Of a stretch of DNA of 13,562 bases, positions 1 through 6,703 are shown in pieces; position 1 is the stretch's first letter, and every line of letters starts with the position of its first letter. The notes under the pieces were generated by a model. The model made no database searches and was not told the origin of the DNA. It saw only the letters and a program-made list of their open reading frames with translations. Position numbers and translations under genes: made by a program. The stretch is from Pseudomonadota bacterium (GTDB lineage Bacteria; Bdellovibrionota_G; JALEGL01; DATDPG01). The stretch is taken from positions 1-13,562 of the forward strand of contig JAZDIZ010000127.1 in NCBI GenBank assembly GCA_043804515.1. Reading direction: 5' to 3'.

Positions 1-640
1 GTTCCCCATCCATCGGATTTCCGAAGTTCCAGGCCGCTTTGGCCGCGGCCCGGAGCGGGAGATACAGGAGGCCCAAGGCGGGAAGAATCCCGAACCCCAG
101 CCATTGCACACAACCCCGCCCGGCCAGGAATGGGAGGGCCGCCAGGGAGATGACGGGATGGTTCAGGGCCGAAAGCCCCCAGGCCAGCCACGCAAGACCC
201 CGGAAGCGCGCGTCGCCGCGGCAATGGCACAAGGCGATTGCGGCCAGTGTCAAGGCCGCCGAAAGGCCATAGACCTCCCCTCGCACGGCCTGCGTGGAGA
301 TAAGGCCGGAAAGCGCCGAACCCGAGAGCAACACGGCGACGGTCCACGATTGCCTATGTGATTCGTCTACCGCCTTGCCAAGCCAGATCCACGCGGCTGA
401 AAGAGCCGCCCAGGAGGCCCCTACCGACAACAGAGTGACGCGAAAAGCGCAGTCCCCCAAGGGCAGTATGGAAAGGAGCCCTCCGAGAATCGCATGAGGA
501 ATCTGGCCCGGAGGGTGGCTGATCCCTAGCGTGCATGCCGCACAGGCCAACTCGGAACTATCCAGCCAGTGGATGGATGGAGCGGCCCCTACGACCCAAA
601 GAACGCCCAGCGCCGTGAACAGCGTCAGAGATACGGCCAA
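1..640 (-). CDS. DUF2723 / TMEM260-like GT-C membrane glycosyltransferase (putative protein O-mannosyltransferase family); partial, runs off the window start
   Basis: Not in the ORF track; translated by hand. The frame is open from TTG at 640 to position 1, with AGGA upstream and no ATG/GTG back to an in-frame TAA near 710. It reads LAVSLTLFTALGVLWVVGAAPSIHWLDSSELACAACTLGISHPPGQIPHAILGGLLSILPLGDCAFRVTLLS...STQAVRGEVYGL...GLSALNHP...LLYLPLRAAAKAAWNFGNP. This matches the DUF2723 hallmarks DSGE..A...LGI.HPPG, A.RVN, QA...EVY.L, L.NH and YLP.RA.....NWG.P. It overlaps the upstream gene by 16 bp. Confidence 0.8.
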   Translation of the reverse strand, partial: MAVSLTLFTALGVLWVVGAAPSIHWLDSSELACAACTLGISHPPGQIPHAILGGLLSILPLGDCAFRVTLLSVGASWAALSAAWIWLGKAVDESHRQSWTVAVLLSGSALSGLISTQAVRGEVYGLSAALTLAAIALCHCRGDARFRGLAWLAWGLSALNHPVISLAALPFLAGRGCVQWLGFGILPALGLLYLPLRAAAKAAWNFGNPMDGE

Positions 641-1557
641 AGGGATTCCTGTTCCTTCACTTCCTCTGCGTCCAGTTCGGTCGGCCTCACGATCAGGAAG
701 AGATCGAAATTAATGTAGGAAAACGTCTTCCTCCACTCGCTCACGAGCTGCCGGATCCGCCGTTCCAAAAGGTCGATCCGGGCCGCGCCGGTGTCGCCGT
801 ACAGACGGCGATAATATTCCTCCAGGCGCGCCTGAATGATGTTCCGGACCCGCGATTCCCGGACGTTCGACAGTTGCGCATTGAGCGTATCGATGGCCAG
901 CATGTCCTCCAAGACCTCCACCCCCTTTTCCGTCTGCCCCGCCTGGCTGTACAGCGTGGCCGCCCAGGTCTTGTACATGATCGGGGCTCCGGAAATCTTT
1001 CCCGCTGCCGCAATGAAGGGGGCCCCCCGGACTCTGTCATGCAGTTCAATGGCGTAGTTGAAACCGATCATTTGCGGGATCATCCAGTACCGCGGATCGT
1101 GCTTCCACCCCACGGGGTCTTGCTGGATGAACCTCCATCCCTTTTCGAGAAAACGTGAGCTGGCCAGAATCTTTTGCCTCCCGATCCGGCCGGCGTTGTA
1201 CATGAGGGCCGCGCCCGCCCAGATGTAGATTTTCTCGAAGCGTGGATCCAGATCCGTCGCCAGATTCAACAAGTCCTGAAGGTACTGGTATTTTCCCCTC
1301 CCGTAGAACTCGTCGGCGAAATAGCCCAGCGTTCGGATCCAGATCAAATCCGCCAGAAACCCATCCTGCCCCAAGAGAAAAGGGCGCAGGACCTCGGCCT
1401 TCGGAACATACAGGACGGTCTCAATCTCCCGGCTCCGCGCTTCGTAGGCCCTCAGATCCATCTCGGAGCGTAGGAGGCCCACGAGGGCGGCAAACGAGAT
1501 CGCCCCGATCAAAGCCCGGCGTGAAAAATGCGACAGCATGGATAAGGCCCAGGACAC
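625..1557 (-). CDS. Membrane-anchored helical/TPR-like pilus accessory protein (PilG/XapA-like by motif and position after pilA)
   Basis: 310-aa ORF with an N-terminal hydrophobic segment (ALIGAISFAALVGLL) and the motif GFLADLIWIRTLGYF...LLNLATDLDPRF..IY..AG, which I associate with proteins encoded directly after pilA in deltaproteobacterial loci. The start is uncertain (GTG 1557 or ATG 1539). The CDS is likely real; the family call is tentative. Confidence 0.6.
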   Translation of the reverse strand: MSWALSMLSHFSRRALIGAISFAALVGLLRSEMDLRAYEARSREIETVLYVPKAEVLRPFLLGQDGFLADLIWIRTLGYFADEFYGRGKYQYLQDLLNLATDLDPRFEKIYIWAGAALMYNAGRIGRQKILASSRFLEKGWRFIQQDPVGWKHDPRYWMIPQMIGFNYAIELHDRVRGAPFIAAAGKISGAPIMYKTWAATLYSQAGQTEKGVEVLEDMLAIDTLNAQLSNVRESRVRNIIQARLEEYYRRLYGDTGAARIDLLERRIRQLVSEWRKTFSYINFDLFLIVRPTELDAEEVKEQESLWPYL

Positions 1558-1563
1558 CCTATC

Positions 1564-1600
1564 AAAAAAAGAGGCGGGGAGAGAACCTCCTCGCCTCTTT
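1564..1600 (-). terminator. Rho-independent terminator after the third pilin
   Basis: The minus strand reads AAAGAGGCGAGGAG-GTTCT-CTCCCCGCCTC-TTTTTTT: a GC-rich stem with one mismatch followed by a U7 tract, about 30 bp past the pilin stop codon. Confidence 0.85.
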
Positions 1601-1632
1601 ACATTCCATAATCCGAAAGTCGTGCGCCGGCG

Positions 1633-2160
1633 CTATTCGAGCTCGTTGTAGGAATACATGCCTGCGCCGCTCACTACCTCGCCATACGTGACGTCCGCGC
1701 TTCCCCAGCGTTGGAACAACGACGTCGTGCCGTCGCCGTCGATGTCACCCTGCGCCTGCGCCGTAAACGCCGAACTTGTGCCCGTCCCGGTCGAGATCGC
1801 CTGATAGCGGTACAAAACCGGGGAATCCGTCCCGAACTTCAGCGCGATCCAGCCATCCGTTTCCCAGTTCGCCGTCGCCTTCTGTATTCCAAGGGCGTCG
1901 GTGGGATTCGGACCGACGCTCACGAACTGCTTCGTGAGGACCGTGCCGTTCTGCAGGACGTGGTCTTCGGTAAAGTACGCGATTTCGCCGTCATAAATCT
2001 TGCGGATGTTGATCGCGGCTTCCGTGCTCTTCGATCTCTTGATGTAACGCATGAACGACGGGATCGCCACCGCGGCTAAGATACCGATGATCGCCACGAC
2101 GATCATCAGCTCGATCAGCGTGAACCCCCTCAAGCGTCCTTTCTTGAGCAGTTGCAACAT
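1633..2160 (-). CDS. pilA: Type IVa pilin, copy 3 (175 aa)
   Basis: [34 protein letters not shown] is a class III signal peptide with G-1/F+1/E+5. Start placed at ATG 2160 rather than the track's 2208, because this gives the same 528 bp as the other two copies and has GGGGGA 7 nt upstream. Confidence 0.93.
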   Translation of the reverse strand: MLQLLKKGRLRGFTLIELMIVVAIIGILAAVAIPSFMRYIKRSKSTEAAINIRKIYDGEIAYFTEDHVLQNGTVLTKQFVSVGPNPTDALGIQKATANWETDGWIALKFGTDSPVLYRYQAISTGTGTSSAFTAQAQGDIDGDGTTSLFQRWGSADVTYGEVVSGAGMYSYNELE

Positions 2161-2229
2161 AGGCATGTCCCCCGTCAGCCGAGAATTCCTCGTATCCTTC
2201 TCGTCCAAGTCCGCGCCTTTTCGCCGGCG

Positions 2230-2757
2230 CTATTCTAACTCGTTGAACATATAGATTCCGGCCCCACCTATGACCTCTCCGCCCACGGCGTTCACCGAGC
2301 CCAAGCGTTGGAACAACGACGTCGTGCCGTCGCCGTCAACGTCACCCTGCGCCTGCGCCGTAAACGCCGAACCTGTGCCCGTCCCGGTCGCGATCGCCTG
2401 ATAGCGGTACAAAACCGGGGAATCCGTCCCGAACTTCAGCGCGATCCAGCCATCCGTTTCCCAGTTCGCCGTCGCCTTCTGTATTGAAAGGGCGGTGGTG
2501 GGATTCGGACCGACGCTCACGAACTGCTTCGTGAGGATCGTGCCGTTCTGCAACACGTGGTCTTCGGTGAAGTACGCCACTTCGCCGTCGTAAATCTTGC
2601 GAATGTTGATCAAAGCCTCCGTGTTCTTGGACTTCTTGATGTAGCGCATGAAAGCCGGGACCGCCACCGCGGCCAAAATGCCGATGATCGCCACGACGAT
2701 CATCAACTCGATCAGCGTGAACCCTTTCACGCCTCTCTTCCTAAAGCGGGTCAACAT
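2230..2757 (-). CDS. pilA: Type IVa pilin, copy 2 (175 aa)
   Basis: [34 protein letters not shown] prepilin motif; RBS GAGAGGAG 5 nt before the ATG. Confidence 0.93.
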   Translation of the reverse strand: MLTRFRKRGVKGFTLIELMIVVAIIGILAAVAVPAFMRYIKKSKNTEALINIRKIYDGEVAYFTEDHVLQNGTILTKQFVSVGPNPTTALSIQKATANWETDGWIALKFGTDSPVLYRYQAIATGTGTGSAFTAQAQGDVDGDGTTSLFQRLGSVNAVGGEVIGGAGIYMFNELE

Positions 2758-2803
2758 TCCAACTCCTCTCCGTGCCGTGTTTTAAGCTCCCCCGAAACAG
2801 GAG

Positions 2804-2833
2804 GGAGGCCGGGGAAAAAATCCCCCGGCCTCC
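2804..2833 (-). terminator. Strong hairpin between pilin copies 1 and 2 (leaky terminator or mRNA-stabilising stem-loop)
   Basis: Perfect 11-bp inverted repeat GGAGGCCGGGG (2804-2814) / CCCCGGCCTCC (2823-2833). On the minus strand it is followed only by CUCCUGUUU, a poor U-tract. Confidence 0.7.
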
Positions 2834-2867
2834 TCTTATGCAAAGCTCCGGACTTCTTGAGGCCGCG

Positions 2868-3395
2868 CTATTCGAGCTCGTTGTATGAATACAGACCCGC
2901 GCCGCCTACTACTTCCCCGCTGGCAGAATCGACGCTGCCGATGCGTTGGAACAACGACGTCGTACCGTCGCCGTCGATGTCACCCTGCGCCTGCGCCGTG
3001 AAATTCGAGGCCGTACCCGTTCCGGTCCCGATCGCCTGATAGCGGTACAAAACCGGGGAATCCGTCCCGAACTTCAGCGCGATCCAGCCGTCCGTTTCCC
3101 AGTTCGCCGTCTGCTTCTGTATTGAAAGGGCGGTGGTGGGATTCGGACCGATGCTCACGAACTGCTTCGTGAGGATCGTGCCGTTCTGTAGGACGTGGTC
3201 TTCGTCGAAGTACGCGATCTCGCCGTCATAAATCTTGCGGACGTTGATCGCGGCTTCCGTGGTCTTGGTCTTTTTGATGTAACGCATAAAGGCCGGGATG
3301 GCCACCGCAGCCAAAATGCCGATGATCGCCACGACGATCATCAACTCGATCAGCGTGAACCCTTTCACGCCTCTTTTCTTAAGCAATTTAAGCAT
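2868..3395 (-). CDS. pilA: Type IVa pilin, copy 1 (promoter-proximal, probable major pilin, 175 aa)
   Basis: [43 protein letters not shown] 7 nt upstream; lies directly downstream of pilR and a sigma54 promoter. Confidence 0.95.
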   Translation of the reverse strand: MLKLLKKRGVKGFTLIELMIVVAIIGILAAVAIPAFMRYIKKTKTTEAAINVRKIYDGEIAYFDEDHVLQNGTILTKQFVSIGPNPTTALSIQKQTANWETDGWIALKFGTDSPVLYRYQAIGTGTGTASNFTAQAQGDIDGDGTTSLFQRIGSVDSASGEVVGGAGLYSYNELE

Positions 3396-3460
3396 TCGAA
3401 TTTCCTCCGTTTTTTAATCCATACCCCAGAGCTTTGCCCCGAGGGACTGGTATGGTCTTG

Positions 3461-3476
3461 AGCAAGTCTTGTACCA
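3461..3476 (-). promoter_or_regulatory. sigma54 (-24/-12) promoter of pilA copy 1
   Basis: The minus strand reads TGGTAC-AAGAC-TTGCT against consensus TGGCAC-N5-TTGCW, with exact GG-N10-GC spacing. Predicted TSS is near 3450. It is adjacent to a GAFTGA-containing activator gene. Confidence 0.88.
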
Positions 3477-3496
3477 TACAACTCATTCGGAGACGA

Positions 3497-3530
3497 TTTT
3501 TTTGTATTTAATTATAGATACTTAGAATTG
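3497..3530. promoter_or_regulatory. AT-rich bending tract / possible IHF site between enhancer and sigma54 promoter
   Basis: T7 tract at 3497-3503 and minus-strand TATCTATAATTAA (3520-3508; two mismatches to WATCAANNNNTTR) in an otherwise GC-rich window, at the position typical for IHF in sigma54 promoters. Confidence 0.4.
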
Positions 3531-3550
3531 AACCCTTGTCGGGATGAATA

Positions 3551-3612
3551 CTTCGGTGACAAAAATTGGCACCAGCGCGGCTTTTCGAGGGCTTCGGTGA
3601 CAAATTTTGTCA
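3551..3612. promoter_or_regulatory. Two palindromic upstream activator sites, probable PilR enhancer
   Basis: The 13-bp direct repeat CTTCGGTGACAAA occurs at 3551 and 3592, 41 bp apart. Each leads into a 15-bp palindrome: TGACAAAAATTGGCA (3557-3571) and the perfect TGACAAA-T-TTTGTCA (3598-3612). Centres are about 114 and 155 bp upstream of the predicted TSS. Confidence 0.72.
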
Positions 3613-3619
3613 GTTCTGC

Positions 3620-5002
3620 CTAGTCGTCATCTGGGCTGGCCAGCCCATGCTTTAAGAGTCGGTATCTCATGGACCGGAAGCTGATCTTGAGCAATTCGGC
3701 CGCCCTCTTCTTGACGCCTCCGGCGAGCCTTAAGGCTTCGACCAAAAGCTTCCGTTCGTACTTGTCCACCGTCTGTTCCAGGTCAATTCCCCCGGAGGAA
3801 AGCACCGGAGATAACTCGGGCGTCGGAGGGATCGCTTGCCGCAATTTTTCGGGAAGGCTCTCCAGCCGGACCATGGACTCGGTTTCGAAGGCCACTGCCT
3901 GTTCGATGACGTTTTCCAGTTCCCGCACGTTACCGGGATAGGAATAGGCTTCAAGGGCGTGGAGAGCCTCCGGCAATACGCCGCGGATGCCCTTTGCGTG
4001 CTCTTTCTCCGAGCGCTTGAGGAAATGATGGACCAGGAGAGGGATGTCTTCACGCCTGTCCCGCAACGGAGGGATCCGGATCTGGATCACATTCAATCGA
4101 TAATAGAGATCCTCCCGGAACCTGCCGCACGCCAAATCGCCTTCCAGATCGCGGTTCGTTGCGGAGAGGACCCGCACGTCCACCGGGTTGAACGCCGTGC
4201 TTCCGATGCGGCGAATCGTCTTGTCCTGCAAGACTCGGAGCAGCTTCACCTGGACCGCCGAAGGAATCTCGCCCACTTCGTCCAGAAAAAATGTTCCCTG
4301 GTGCGCCGCTTCGAACAGCCCCATCTTGTTCGCCGTGGCTCCCGTAAACGCCCCCCGTTGATATCCGAAAAGCTCGCTCTCGATCAGGCTCTCGGGTATG
4401 GCGCCGCAATTGATGGAAACGAAGGGCCGGCTGGCCCTGGGGGAATTTTCGTGAATCGCCTTGGCGACCAACTCCTTCCCCGTTCCGCTTTCCCCGATGA
4501 TCAGCACGCTCGACTTGCAACCGGCCACCTTCTCGATCAGATCGAACACCCTCTGCATTTTCTCGCTCGCGCCGATGAAATGGCTGAACCCGCTCCTGCG
4601 ATTCACCTCCTGTTTGAGAACCGTGTTTTCCCGCCGCAAGTCCGATCGCTCCAGGGCGTTTCGAATGACCAGGCGTATTTCGTCCACTTTGAACGGCTTG
4701 AGGAGATAGTCGTAGGCTCCCTTCTTCATGGCATCGACCGCGGATTCGGCCGTCGCGTAGGCCGTGATCATCAAGACCAGGGTCTCGGGTGAAATCTCCT
4801 TCACCCGCTCCAGGACCGCCATTCCGTCCACCTCCGGCATCGCGAGGTCCGTGATGACGAGGTCGTAGGGTTTCTTTTCCAGGATCTCGAGGGCTTCGCG
4901 GCCCGTCGAGATCAGATCCACTTCGTATCCTTCTTCGGACAGAAGGATCTCGAAGAACTCCAGGATGGAGGGTTCGTCATCCACTACGAGAAGGCGCGCC
5001 AC
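3620..5002 (-). CDS. pilR: sigma54-dependent two-component response regulator (NtrC family), PilR
   Basis: Receiver domain (LLVVDDE, VITDLAMP), AAA+ domain (GESGTGKE, ESELFG, GAFTGA, FLDEVGE, FREDLYYRLNV, YPGNVRELEN) and C-terminal Fis-type HTH. It sits between pilS and pilA and has a GTG start. Confidence 0.93.
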   Translation of the reverse strand: MARLLVVDDEPSILEFFEILLSEEGYEVDLISTGREALEILEKKPYDLVITDLAMPEVDGMAVLERVKEISPETLVLMITAYATAESAVDAMKKGAYDYLLKPFKVDEIRLVIRNALERSDLRRENTVLKQEVNRRSGFSHFIGASEKMQRVFDLIEKVAGCKSSVLIIGESGTGKELVAKAIHENSPRASRPFVSINCGAIPESLIESELFGYQRGAFTGATANKMGLFEAAHQGTFFLDEVGEIPSAVQVKLLRVLQDKTIRRIGSTAFNPVDVRVLSATNRDLEGDLACGRFREDLYYRLNVIQIRIPPLRDRREDIPLLVHHFLKRSEKEHAKGIRGVLPEALHALEAYSYPGNVRELENVIEQAVAFETESMVRLESLPEKLRQAIPPTPELSPVLSSGGIDLEQTVDKYERKLLVEALRLAGGVKKRAAELLKISFRSMRYRLLKHGLASPDDD

Positions 5003-5005
5003 CGA

Positions 5006-6703
5006 TCACGCACCCTTCGTCGTCGCCCGGGCCTGCGCCCGGGGAAGACGGACCCTGAACGTCGTCCCGCAGTCCATCGAACTTTCCACAAACACCTCCC
5101 CGCCATGCTCCTGGGCGATCCTGCGCACCATCGCCAGACCGAGTCCCGTTCCCCTTTTCTTCGTCGTAAAAAAGGGAGTGAAGATCCGCTCCAGGATCTC
5201 ACGGGGTATTCCCGCCCCAGAATCATGCACTTCGATGGAGACGTGGCTCGGATCGGAGTCGTTTTCCAGCGCCACTCGAATCTCGCCCCCGTTGGGCATG
5301 GCTTCCGAAGCATTCTTGATGAGATTCCAGAACATTTGATTCAATTGCCGCGGATCCCCCTCTACCACGGCCCCAGGGGCCAGCTCCAATCGAACTTTCA
5401 AGGATTCGCCTCCATGGCTCCGCGAGAAAAGTTCCACCGTCTCCCGAACCAACCGGTCCAATTCGACTTCTTCGGCCTGGATCGTCGTGGGGCGGGCGAA
5501 TTGGAGAAAATCGGTCAGCAATTGGTTGAGCCGGTCGGTTTCCCGCACCACGATCTCCATAAGCCTCCGATCCCTCTCGTTCAATTTCAGACTGGCTTTG
5601 AGCACCTCGATCGATCCGGAGACCGAGGTCAGCGGGTTCCGGATTTCATGGGCGATCCGGGCCGCCAGCTCGCCGACGGCCGCAAGGCGATCCGCCCGCT
5701 TGACCTGTTCTTCCATCTCACGGAAGTCCGTCAGATCCTCGAATAGAAGGAGCATCCCCGGCTCGCCTCCGGCCCCATGCCTCAGAGGCGAGAGAGAGAA
5801 CCCGAGAATCCGCGGCTTCGACGCCTTTCCACGGAAAGGGACTTCCAACCGCTTGGATCGGGGCGCCGAGGGCATCCGCTCCTCGCCGCCGCCGGCCAGC
5901 TCCCGGGCTTCCGGAAAGACCGCGTTGAGCGCCTTCCCGCGGACTTCTTCCTGCGTGAGGCCGGTGATTTCCTCGGCCGTCCTGCTCCAAAACCGGACCC
6001 GGCCCTTCGCATCCAGCGTGGCCAGGCCGCTCGCAATGCTCTCCACAATGCGTCCCATCAAGGCCTCGAGATCTTCCAGGTCGGCGTTTCTTTCGACCAA
6101 CATCGTTTCGGCGCGCCTCAGCCTCACGGAGATCGTGCTGAAAACATAGGCCACGGTGAAAAATCCGGCCGTCTGCAGAATGATGGAATGCCAGATCCTG
6201 TCTTCCTTCCAAATGGAGGACTCCGCCACCACGTTGAACAGCGGCACGACCAGGCCGAACAGTTCCAGATTCAAAAGAACACCGTACAAAAGCCCGCTGA
6301 GCAGGGCAGCCAGGAAAGCCCCGAACCTGAACAGGAGGATCGCCGCTATGGCGATCGTGAGCCAGTAGAGGCCCTTGAGGTCGCTGTCCAGCCCGCCGGT
6401 CACCGCCACGAGAGATGTGGTGAAAATCAGGTCCCAAACGATCTGGAGAAGGGCGAAGGTCCGGGTCCATCGGATCGCTTCGATCCGGTCCATCACGACG
6501 AACAGGATCGCCATGGCAAGGTGCGCCGAAGTGGCGAACAGAAGCGCCAGGAAAGGCATTCCTCCCTCGCCGGGACGCCAGACCAGCGTCGCGATCACGA
6601 GAACGCTTGCAAAGACGATCCTGAACGCGATCAGCCAGCCGAGCCGTTGCTTGAGTCCCGGCTGGTCCGTCGTTTGGATCGGATCGAGTCTATCCGGCGC
6701 CAC
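5006..6703 (-). CDS. pilS: Membrane sensor histidine kinase PilS (multi-TM, PAS, HisKA, HATPase)
   Basis: About 6 N-terminal TM segments, a PAS-like region, H-box IAHEIRNPL, N-box NLIKNASEA, and G boxes DSGAGI / PFFTTK / GTGLGL. The GTG start overlaps the pilC end by 14 bp. Confidence 0.9.
   Translation of the reverse strand: MAPDRLDPIQTTDQPGLKQRLGWLIAFRIVFASVLVIATLVWRPGEGGMPFLALLFATSAHLAMAILFVVMDRIEAIRWTRTFALLQIVWDLIFTTSLVAVTGGLDSDLKGLYWLTIAIAAILLFRFGAFLAALLSGLLYGVLLNLELFGLVVPLFNVVAESSIWKEDRIWHSIILQTAGFFTVAYVFSTISVRLRRAETMLVERNADLEDLEALMGRIVESIASGLATLDAKGRVRFWSRTAEEITGLTQEEVRGKALNAVFPEARELAGGGEERMPSAPRSKRLEVPFRGKASKPRILGFSLSPLRHGAGGEPGMLLLFEDLTDFREMEEQVKRADRLAAVGELAARIAHEIRNPLTSVSGSIEVLKASLKLNERDRRLMEIVVRETDRLNQLLTDFLQFARPTTIQAEEVELDRLVRETVELFSRSHGGESLKVRLELAPGAVVEGDPRQLNQMFWNLIKNASEAMPNGGEIRVALENDSDPSHVSIEVHDSGAGIPREILERIFTPFFTTKKRGTGLGLAMVRRIAQEHGGEVFVESSMDCGTTFRVRLPRAQARATTKGA

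Larger units (their letters stand above)
1633..3395. repeat. Tandem triplication of a 528-bp pilin gene with unrelated spacers
   Basis: Gap-free alignment with offsets of 597 and 638 bp. A 60-bp block is identical in all three copies (1795-1854, 2392-2451, 3030-3089), and 94 bp are identical between copies 3 and 2 (1795-1888 / 2392-2485). Confidence 0.95.

Noticed and set aside
180..215. Apparent frameshift in the DUF2723 gene at a G/C run
   Set aside because: A careful recount shows the frame is continuous (DARFRGLAWLAWGLSALNHP).
2161..2208. 16-aa N-terminal extension of pilin copy 3 given by the ORF track
   Set aside because: It uses an upstream TTG. ATG 2160 has an RBS and gives the same 12-aa leader and length as the other two copies.
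3177..3185. N-glycosylation sequon NGT in all three pilins (plus NFT in copy 1 only)
   Set aside because: It lacks the D/E at -2, no PglB/STT3 gene is in the window, and short sequons arise readily by chance.
1633..3395. Diversity-generating retroelement (template/variable repeat) explanation for the pilin repeats
   Set aside because: Differences are not adenine-specific on either strand (e.g. TCG/GCG, GGA/TCA), all copies are intact genes, and no reverse transcriptase is in the window.
1633..3395. Electrically conductive e-pilin candidates (F/W/Y = 16 of 163 in copy 1, 18 of 163 in copy 3; aromatics at 1, 24, 27, 50, 51)
   Set aside because: Positions 32 and 57 are not aromatic, no cytochrome genes are nearby, and the e-pili concept is contested. 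Composition alone is not evidence.
3450..3479. Invertible (phase-variable) promoter flanked by inverted repeats
   Set aside because: The repeats are only 7 bp around 16 bp, too small for a known invertible segment, and no recombinase is present.
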